Virus record (IMG/VR): IMGVR_UViG_3300020579_000012
Location: 4,946 to 68,945 of that record
Direction: 5' to 3' (one strand)
Origin: a virus
Length of the DNA stretch: 64,000 bases
How positions within the stretch are numbered: position 1 is the first letter of the stretch; each line of letters starts with the position of its first letter. The translations under genes were made by a program, and so were the position numbers. Below are positions 58,475 to 64,000 of this stretch, piece by piece. The notes beneath the pieces are model-generated. The model was not told the DNA's origin. It worked only from the letters and a program-made list of their open reading frames with translations, and made no database searches.

Positions 58475-58713
58475 TAGTATCCACGTTCTTTCAGGTGCTT
58501 ATCGACGGCATTGCTTACGGTATCAAGTAGCACCTTTCGGCAAGATTCGCATACCTCCGTATGCTTATTGAAGGTCTTTGCTTCTCTACTTGTGATTTTA
58601 GCACCAACCATCTTGAACAATTTCTTTTTGAACTGCTCGCAGGTCATAATCTTCTTCCACAATGAAACCGGGTTTATCGGGCCTTTCCCCGGTAAGCGGG
58701 TTCCAACTGGCAC
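58474..58713 (-). CDS. anti-sigma zf-HC2-like small protein (start may be ATG 58645-58647)
   Basis: MTCEQFKKKLFKMVGAKITSREAKTFNKHTEVCESCRKVL follows the C..x..H..x3..C..x2..C pattern of putative-zinc-finger anti-sigma factors. Confidence 0.45.
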   Translation of the reverse strand: MPVGTRLPGKGPINPVSLWKKIMTCEQFKKKLFKMVGAKITSREAKTFNKHTEVCESCRKVLLDTVSNAVDKHLKERGY

Positions 58714-58733
58714 CCAACCCGCGATAGCCTTTC

Positions 58734-59246
58734 TTATTTAGCCGTCACCTCTTCTGCGGCCCGCCAGTCCGCTTCCCTATCGCCAAGCCGCCGATCCATC
58801 CTCTGGCACGTTTCCGGCTCAAGGTGGGCGTCATTCACGATCCGGAAGTAAAACTCGTTCCACCACTCTCTGATAGTTTGATCGGGATGTTTGTATCCCA
58901 GAATCTCAGCAGCGTGCATCAGGTGCAGTTGGAAGTGATGCGGGAGTTCGTCTACCGAGCGAAAATACTCATTGGCGTATGAGTCTAGCTGATCGTATCC
59001 ACTCAACCCAGATCCATCCGGCGGCCTTGGTATCGGGCCCGTAAAGGACCCCCCTCCCGGAGTTAGGGGGTCCAATAGAGCCTTCTTATCGAACGCTGAT
59101 ACCAAGAATGAGCGCCGGAGCCATCGACAGAGAACCTTGACGGGATGATCCTTCTTGATACCGTCTGGGCCTCGAACGGAGGCGATCAAAACAGACTGCT
59201 GCATCATCGGAAGCTCGTGAACCCAGGGCTGTAAAACGGATGGCAT
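58734..59246 (-). CDS. hypothetical protein (170 aa)
   Basis: ORF track; AAAGGAGAGAG SD. Confidence 0.6.
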   Translation of the reverse strand: MPSVLQPWVHELPMMQQSVLIASVRGPDGIKKDHPVKVLCRWLRRSFLVSAFDKKALLDPLTPGGGSFTGPIPRPPDGSGLSGYDQLDSYANEYFRSVDELPHHFQLHLMHAAEILGYKHPDQTIREWWNEFYFRIVNDAHLEPETCQRMDRRLGDREADWRAAEEVTAK

Positions 59247-59270
59247 AGCTCTCTCCTTTATCTTCTTCCA

Positions 59271-59285
59271 CTAAGATTACTTAGG
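59271..59285 (-). promoter_or_regulatory. CCTAAGTAATCTT motif copy (degenerate)
   Basis: Minus strand: CCTAAGTAATCTTAG, 27 nt before ATG 59246. Confidence 0.3.
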
Positions 59286-59484
59286 CGACCTTCTGGCCGA
59301 CCACTTCATAGTCTACTGAGAGGCCGCAATTGTGAAGGAGGCCCCGGATCACCTCTCCGTTTTTGATTTCGTCCGTCTTGGAGAAATCGACCATGGTCAG
59401 CTTTCGCTGGAACGCGAAGACGTGGACCTTGGTAGAGTCGAGCATCACAACCTTGCCGCAGTGAAGGCATTTCGCGTTCATCAT
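59281..59484 (-). CDS. hypothetical protein (67 aa)
   Basis: ORF track; AGGAGAGG SD. Confidence 0.5.
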   Translation of the reverse strand: MMNAKCLHCGKVVMLDSTKVHVFAFQRKLTMVDFSKTDEIKNGEVIRGLLHNCGLSVDYEVVGQKVA

Positions 59485-59526
59485 CCTCTCCTATAATCTT
59501 CCCGTTGTACGATTATATACACTACG

Positions 59527-59548
59527 GCACAGAATTTAGCTAGTGTGC
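59527..59548 (-). promoter_or_regulatory. 22-bp dyad motif copy (fits in both orientations)
   Basis: GCACACTAGCTAAATTCTGTGC on the minus strand, followed 9 nt later by TATAAT. Confidence 0.5.
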
Positions 59549-59552
59549 AGGT

Positions 59553-60056
59553 CTATTCCAGGACCCCGAGCGTCTTCATGTCGGCAGCAAAATGACCCAT
59601 CAGCTTCGGGAGACGGGCCTGAAGCCACTTCTCGACGTCCGGCCAGTGGTCCGTGTACGGCATCGCATCTCCGGGAACGGCGCCGAAGACAATCGTCGAC
59701 TTGAATGCGTCCCGCGGGTCGACGCGCTGGTACTTGTCCAGCGCGATCTTGCCCATCGCCATCTCCCACCAGTATTTCGCATTGGCGAGGTAGTGCATCG
59801 GCTCTCCGGTAGAAACGAGGTGCCACTTCAAGTACGGAGCAAGCTGCGGGAAGTGCCGCTCGATCTCATTATGCTGCATCCCACCGGAGTCGTCCTTCCA
59901 TCCGCGTCCGTTCCAGATGTCGATCCTTGCGGTCGCAGAGAAGTGCGGTGCCTGCTGATTCCGGCGCCCGAAGTCGTAGTCGAGGCCGTAGGTCGCCTGG
60001 ATCCGATACTTCTGGCCGCGTTCGGTGAACTCCTTCCAGGGCGTCATTTTCATCAT
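59553..60056 (-). CDS. hypothetical protein (167 aa)
   Basis: ORF track. Confidence 0.6.
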   Translation of the reverse strand: MMKMTPWKEFTERGQKYRIQATYGLDYDFGRRNQQAPHFSATARIDIWNGRGWKDDSGGMQHNEIERHFPQLAPYLKWHLVSTGEPMHYLANAKYWWEMAMGKIALDKYQRVDPRDAFKSTIVFGAVPGDAMPYTDHWPDVEKWLQARLPKLMGHFAADMKTLGVLE

Positions 60057-60069
60057 GGCTCATTCCTCC

Positions 60070-61197
60070 CTATTTCGTAAGCTTGTGCTTGTAGTATCTC
60101 GCGGACTTTACAACTGCCTTTGTTGCGTGCGCGCCTTCCGGGACTCCGGCAAAGATCCAGTCCCTCTCAGCATCGAGCCGGGTCATCTGCCCGCAGCCTT
60201 CACAGGCGACCTTCGGATCACCGTAGCCTGAGACGGGACCGATCGTTGCAAGCGTCGCCGCCGAAACCTTCTCACGGCTTTTTGGGCAGTAGCCTGCGGT
60301 CTCTAGCTTCGCAGCGGCCCCGGCCCGTTCAGCGCCCGGCGTCTTGTGGTTGCGGAACTTCCAGCTCTGCTTATTAACGCTCGCAACCGCGCCGCAGCTC
60401 GGACACTTCACGTAGACGGTCATTCTGTTGTACAGGCCCTTCAGAAGCGCCTCCGGAACAAACTGTCCGCTCATCGGACATACTCCAGCCGCAGCGGCGA
60501 GCTCGCGCTTCTCCTCCGCGGCGCTCTTTGTTGCTCCAAGGAGGATCCGAAGTTCGTCCTCTGACGGCCGGGTATACAACTTCCCGCCGACCTCAGCCTC
60601 GATGAAGACGAGAGGGTACTGAAAGTACGGCGTGACGTTCGGGATACGGCGAATCACGTACTTGATGTCAACGTCGCCGCGGAAGTAGGCACCTTCCAGG
60701 TAGACCTGTAGGTTCCCACGGAAGTAACCCGCCCTCCAATCGAACTTGATGACGGCATTCTTGAGATCCTGTCTGGCGCCGAGGACGTTGGAGATCTTCC
60801 CAATGTTCTTGTAGACGAAGGAGTTCCTGGCGTTTTCGTAGGATTCGTTGGCTTCTTTATCGGCGTAGTGGTATGTCAGTTTGAAGTTTCCAACAACCGC
60901 GCGCATATCCTCCCAGGTATTAAAGAACCCGTGTGTAGGTCCGATATAGTCTGCGAACGTGTGCCAGTTCGAAAACTGCCTGTGTCCGTATCTGTCTGTC
61001 GGGATCTTTCCTGAGCTTGACTTTACGGTGTCGATGAAGTTCGTGAACGCACCTTTCGCGTGCTCCCGGTACGCCTTAATGAGGTCCTCTCGAATCTTCT
61101 CGCCGATCGAGTTGAAGGCGTCCTCGAACATCCGGATAATCCGGAGCATCGCCGGATTCTTCTCCCACTTCTTCATGCTGACGTCAAGCTTGCCCAT
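60070..61197 (-). CDS. hypothetical protein with C-terminal zinc ribbons (375 aa)
   Basis: Trimmed to ATG 61195-61197 (GAGGAGGAG SD, TAATG overlap); ..KCPSCGA..ACEGCGQ. Confidence 0.65.
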   Translation of the reverse strand: MGKLDVSMKKWEKNPAMLRIIRMFEDAFNSIGEKIREDLIKAYREHAKGAFTNFIDTVKSSSGKIPTDRYGHRQFSNWHTFADYIGPTHGFFNTWEDMRAVVGNFKLTYHYADKEANESYENARNSFVYKNIGKISNVLGARQDLKNAVIKFDWRAGYFRGNLQVYLEGAYFRGDVDIKYVIRRIPNVTPYFQYPLVFIEAEVGGKLYTRPSEDELRILLGATKSAAEEKRELAAAAGVCPMSGQFVPEALLKGLYNRMTVYVKCPSCGAVASVNKQSWKFRNHKTPGAERAGAAAKLETAGYCPKSREKVSAATLATIGPVSGYGDPKVACEGCGQMTRLDAERDWIFAGVPEGAHATKAVVKSARYYKHKLTK

Positions 61198-61556
61198 TAC
61201 TCCTCCTCTGGATCTTTCGGATTCGCGACGGCCCGGAGACCGGTCGACGGCCGAGCTTTGACCTTCGACTTTCCTCTGATCCACTTGACCCGACGCCGTC
61301 CGCCGTCCGTCAGCTCAAACAGATACGGCTTCTTTGCGCCGTCAAGGCGATTCGTCGTCACGAGTCCATTCATAATCGCCCGGTTCAGGATCGTCAGGAC
61401 CGTCCCCCTGTGGACGCCCTCACTGTGCGGTCCCATCCCGCCAAGGATAGAACTGATCGTCACGGGACCAGCAGCCAACTGCAGTAAAACCGACCTGGAG
61501 AGGCCGGTCGGACCGTACGGATTCGGAGTCCCTTTTCTGAGGTTCGGATTTCCCAT
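61197..61556 (-). CDS. winged-helix DNA-binding protein (PadR/MarR-like impression)
   Basis: ..LSRSVLLQLAAGPVTISSILGG..VHRGTVLTILNRAIMNGLVTT..KKPYLFELTDGGRRRV. Confidence 0.5.
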   Translation of the reverse strand: MGNPNLRKGTPNPYGPTGLSRSVLLQLAAGPVTISSILGGMGPHSEGVHRGTVLTILNRAIMNGLVTTNRLDGAKKPYLFELTDGGRRRVKWIRGKSKVKARPSTGLRAVANPKDPEEE

Positions 61557-61920
61557 TCTTGTCTCCCTGAAGGATTGTAGCCTTTCGACGCTGCTGAATC
61601 GACCTTCCTCGAGCGATCATATCCTGGACGTTCTGGAGCTGCGTTCCTGGTTGGATGTGCTCCAGGACGTTGACGCATCGGCGGTTGTCACAGCCGTGCC
61701 GGAGGACCTTTCCGCGCGGCGGCCAGCAACCGAATAGGATCCTGTAGGCGACCTTGTGGGCCCGCTCTACGTGCCCGTTCAGCTTGAAGGCGCCAAAGCC
61801 GCCGTCCCAAGGCTCCTTCCTCCAAGTCCGAACTGACGCCGTCCAGAGCCAGCAACCGGTCTCCGGGCAGATCCGGACCTTCTTCCAGAAACGCTCGCAA
61901 TCTCGCTTCGTCACGTCCAA
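61420..61920 (-). mobile_element. HNH endonuclease gene
   Basis: ..TGCWLWTASV..GGFGAFKLNGHVERAHKVAY..RHGCDNRRCVNVLEHIQPGTQLQNVQD; its 3' end overlaps the next ORF by 137 nt. Confidence 0.75.
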
Positions 61921-61941
61921 ACCCCCTCGTTTCCGGTCAAA

Positions 61942-62145
61942 TTACCCCTGGTTACCGACGCGAAAGACAGCCCGCCATAAGGCCCGTTTCAAACGATTTC
62001 GATAGTTTCTGTCGTTCCGATCCGGCAGGACCTCCATCCCGCACAAACAGAGCCCGTACGGAACGATCCCGTAGAGGGCAGCACGCTTCCGGGTCTGCTG
62101 TATTGCCAGGAAATCAGGTCTCTGACCGCAGACACGGCAGGTCAC
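61942..62145 (-). CDS. hypothetical protein (67 aa)
   Basis: ORF track; MTCRVCGQ.. Confidence 0.45.
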   Translation of the reverse strand: MTCRVCGQRPDFLAIQQTRKRAALYGIVPYGLCLCGMEVLPDRNDRNYRNRLKRALWRAVFRVGNQG

Positions 62146-62375
62146 TTCGCTTTCCTAATCGAATCAAGAAGCGCACGTTTCTCATCTTCCAGCTCCCATC
62201 GATCAATTCCGGTGAACTCATAAAGCAGGTCAGCGTGCGGCTTGTAGATATCGTCCTTCGTCAGGATAATACCCTTCTCTTCGCAGAACATCAGGAAGTC
62301 GTGAACGAACTGTGTCTTATCAGAGACCGTCTCGAGCTTTGCATGCTGCGGGTACTTCTTCGCATCGATCGCCAT
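62142..62375 (-). CDS. hypothetical protein (77 aa)
   Basis: GAAGGAGGAG SD. Confidence 0.5.
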   Translation of the reverse strand: MAIDAKKYPQHAKLETVSDKTQFVHDFLMFCEEKGIILTKDDIYKPHADLLYEFTGIDRWELEDEKRALLDSIRKAK

Positions 62376-62428
62376 TTCTCCTCCTTCTTCATTCCTCGTG
62401 GACGGTCCACTCGGGCCGCCCGCGAGGA

Positions 62429-62454
62429 GGGCCGGAGCGAAGTTGCTCCGGCCC
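62429..62454 (-). terminator. hairpin after the HTH regulator gene
   Basis: GGGCCGGAGC-gaagtt-GCTCCGGCCC. Confidence 0.35.
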
Positions 62455-62500
62455 GGATAGAGTGGGGTACAGTCCAGAGGGACTGCCTCCCTCCTTCATG

Positions 62501-62803
62501 TCAGAGTTTGAAGTCAGGCTCCCCGTATAGCATTCGTCGGATCCGAGCGACCTCCGCAACGGTAACGCTCCGGACGACAGACAGCGTCTTGATGTGGCCT
62601 TCTCTCGGAAACAGAGTCTCAAGTGTCCGGCGCATCGTTCCTTTACCAGCCACCCTCGGCTTGTAGCCTAGCTCCTTCGCTTTGTCGAAAACGAGCTTGA
62701 TCGTGTCCTTCCTGAAAACTGGTCCGCTGACCTGATTTAAGATCTTATTCACTGTCGAAACGTCGAGCCCGACCGCCGCTGCGATCTCTACCTGGGTGGT
62801 CAT
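62501..62803 (-). CDS. stand-alone LacI/GalR-type HTH DNA-binding protein (100 aa)
   Basis: Trimmed to ATG 62801-62803 (GAAGGAG SD); MTTQVEIAAAVGLDVSTVNKILNQ. Confidence 0.6.
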   Translation of the reverse strand: MTTQVEIAAAVGLDVSTVNKILNQVSGPVFRKDTIKLVFDKAKELGYKPRVAGKGTMRRTLETLFPREGHIKTLSVVRSVTVAEVARIRRMLYGEPDFKL

Positions 62804-62816
62804 ATAATCTCCTTCT

Positions 62817-62942
62817 TCAAAACTCAACGATGCCACGTTTCGAATCGATCAAGATCACCTTGTACGTCTGGATCAACTCCGAGACCTGCTCGTCGGTCAT
62901 GACGTCAAAGAGTTTGCCGCAGATATAGACGGTCCACTTCAA
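62817..62942 (-). CDS. possible 41-aa protein
   Basis: Not in track. TTG start; KWTVYICGKLFDVMTDEQVSELIQTYKVILID.. Confidence 0.25.
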   Translation of the reverse strand: MKWTVYICGKLFDVMTDEQVSELIQTYKVILIDSKRGIVEF

Positions 62943-62947
62943 ATTCG

Positions 62948-63262
62948 TCACCGCCGAACCCTCCTTCCCGTCGTAAGAAGCGCCAGTGTCCGACGGCGAA
63001 TCTGCGCTTCGGACTTCCGTCGCTCACGAATCTCTTCGGCGTGCTCCTCGCTGTACTGCCGAAGCTTCTCCTTGGTCTCCTCAGACATCGGAGGCCCTTG
63101 GACACCGAGAAGCTTCCGGACGAGACGACCAGCCGCGTCCTCCTGACCGGACTGCCGAAGCTCGACAACGCGGGCCCAGCCGTCGTACTGGCGGTCCAGG
63201 CCGCGCTTCAATGCCGCGTACAAGTACGGGCACTTCTTTGGGTTGACATCAGATAGTTTCAT
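62948..63262 (-). CDS. hypothetical basic protein (104 aa)
   Basis: ORF track; GGAGGA SD. Confidence 0.5.
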   Translation of the reverse strand: MKLSDVNPKKCPYLYAALKRGLDRQYDGWARVVELRQSGQEDAAGRLVRKLLGVQGPPMSEETKEKLRQYSEEHAEEIRERRKSEAQIRRRTLALLTTGRRVRR

Positions 63263-63281
63263 GAGTCCTCCTTCAGTTCTT

Positions 63282-64000
63282 CTACGACTTCACCGCGAAC
63301 GTCGCCACCATGCGCGAATGCCACTCCTCAGCCCATTCCAGCGCGAGCTTGGCAGCGGCATTCTTCTTCGGGGTGTCGCCGGGATTGATGGCCGTGAAGA
63401 ACGCCTCTGCTGGGCGATGGCTGTTTGGTGTCAGTCCAGGGATCTCCGCGTAGTTGCACTTCCTGGCGTTGGCGATGGTACCCACCAGACACGCGCATTC
63501 GCCTTCGTAGGTCGATCCGTTGACTTTGCCATCCTTGAGCGCCTGGATCAGCGCGGGAACCTCAGCCGGGGCCGCCGAAAGGACGGCCCAGAAGTCGTCG
63601 CGGATGGGCGTCAGGTCGGCATCGCGCAGGTCGGCACCGCGCAGGTCGGCACCGCGCAGGTCGGCACCGCGCAGGTCGGCACCGCGCAGGTCGGCATCGC
63701 GCAGGTCGGCATCGCGCAGGAAGGCACCGCGCAGGACGGCACCGCGCAGGTCGGCATCGCGCAGGTCGGCATCGCGCAGGTCGGCATCGCGCAGGACGGC
63801 ACCGGGCAGGACGGCACCGGGCAGGACGGCACCGCGCAGGTCGGCACCGCGCAGGAAGGCACCGCGCAGGTCGGCACCGCGCAGGAAGGCACCGGGCAGG
63901 ACGGCACCGCGCAGGTCGGCACCGCGCAGGTCGGCACCGCGCAGGTCGGCACCGCGCAGGTCGGCACCGCGCAGGTCGGCACCGCGCAGGTCGGCACCGC
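63282..64000 (-). CDS. pentapeptide-repeat protein (N-terminus beyond the right edge) with a ~110-aa non-repeat C-terminal domain
   Basis: I checked the frame (codon starts divisible by 3): it is open from 64000 to the stop at 63282. It reads ..(RGADL)n, [66 protein letters not shown]... The track shows only the last 67 aa and a wrong-frame PTCAV ORF. Confidence 0.8.
   Translation of the reverse strand, partial: GADLRGADLRGADLRGADLRGADLRGADLRGAVLPGAFLRGADLRGAFLRGADLRGAVLPGAVLPGAVLRDADLRDADLRDADLRGAVLRGAFLRDADLRDADLRGADLRGADLRGADLRGADLRDADLTPIRDDFWAVLSAAPAEVPALIQALKDGKVNGSTYEGECACLVGTIANARKCNYAEIPGLTPNSHRPAEAFFTAINPGDTPKKNAAAKLALEWAEEWHSRMVATFAVKS
63612..64000. repeat. tandem 15-nt repeat, about 26 units, continuing off the window
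   Basis: Unit CAGGTCGGCACCGCG with a few variants (GTC/GAC/GAA, ACC/ATC, GCG/GGG). Confidence 0.95.

Noticed and set aside
2817-59548. Reading the dyad motif as sigma54 (-24 TGGCAC / -12 TTGC) promoters
   Set aside because: Several copies start (T)TGGCACAG, but the GC of the right box lies about 21 nt from the GG, whereas sigma54 promoters have about 11 nt. No TTGC occurs at the canonical distance, and no enhancer-binding protein is evident.
63611-63997. ORF-track protein made of PTCAV repeats
   Set aside because: Wrong frame of the 15-nt repeat. The frame that reads ADLRG-type pentapeptides is the one that continues without a stop into the unique C-terminal domain and the listed 63282-63485 ORF.
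63612-64000. Possible CRISPR array or other spacer-containing repeat
   Set aside because: The units are contiguous 15-mers with no spacers, and they are in frame with a coding sequence.
1-64000. tRNA, rRNA, transposase/IS elements, toxin-antitoxin pairs and known defence or anti-defence cassettes
   Set aside because: I could not recognise any by eye. This is a weak negative, because tRNA and small-RNA detection in particular needs tRNAscan-SE or Infernal.

Overview
This window is a densely packed segment of a bacterial virus or prophage. Supporting signs are GGAGG-type ribosome-binding sites, TTGACA/TATACT promoters, ATGA/TGATG stop-start overlaps, a lipobox and a GroES gene. It has three blocks. 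(1) 1-28881 is almost entirely minus strand. It carries replication and accessory genes: a PrimPol/SF3 primase-helicase, an XPD/DinG-like Fe-S helicase, a possible SSB, a tyrosine recombinase, GroES, two glycosyltransferase clusters with a SAM methyltransferase and a nucleoside 2-deoxyribosyltransferase-like gene, an HNH endonuclease, and many tiny Cys-rich ORFs. (2) 29197-56538 is plus strand and looks like the virion/late module. I recognise no terminase, portal, HK97 capsid, tape measure or tail genes there. Instead it holds paralogous beta-rich capsid-like proteins, a protein whose N-terminus is about one-third arginine, a 988-aa repeat protein, at least seven proteins that end in a TM helix plus basic residues, Gly-rich fibre/spike-like proteins, a late glycosyltransferase, a transglutaminase-like peptidase and an HEXXH peptidase. 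(3) 56528-64000 is minus strand again, with small ORFs, an HTH and a wHTH regulator, a second HNH, and a pentapeptide-repeat protein encoded by near-perfect 15-nt tandem repeats that run off the right edge. Three non-coding features stand out: a 22-bp dyad motif in about 16 copies, an over-represented GTGTACAC palindrome that includes a triple-site promoter, and an AT-rich iteron region next to the primase gene. All calls rest on reading the sequence and translations by eye; no searches were run. Family names are motif-level recognitions and start codons are often uncertain.
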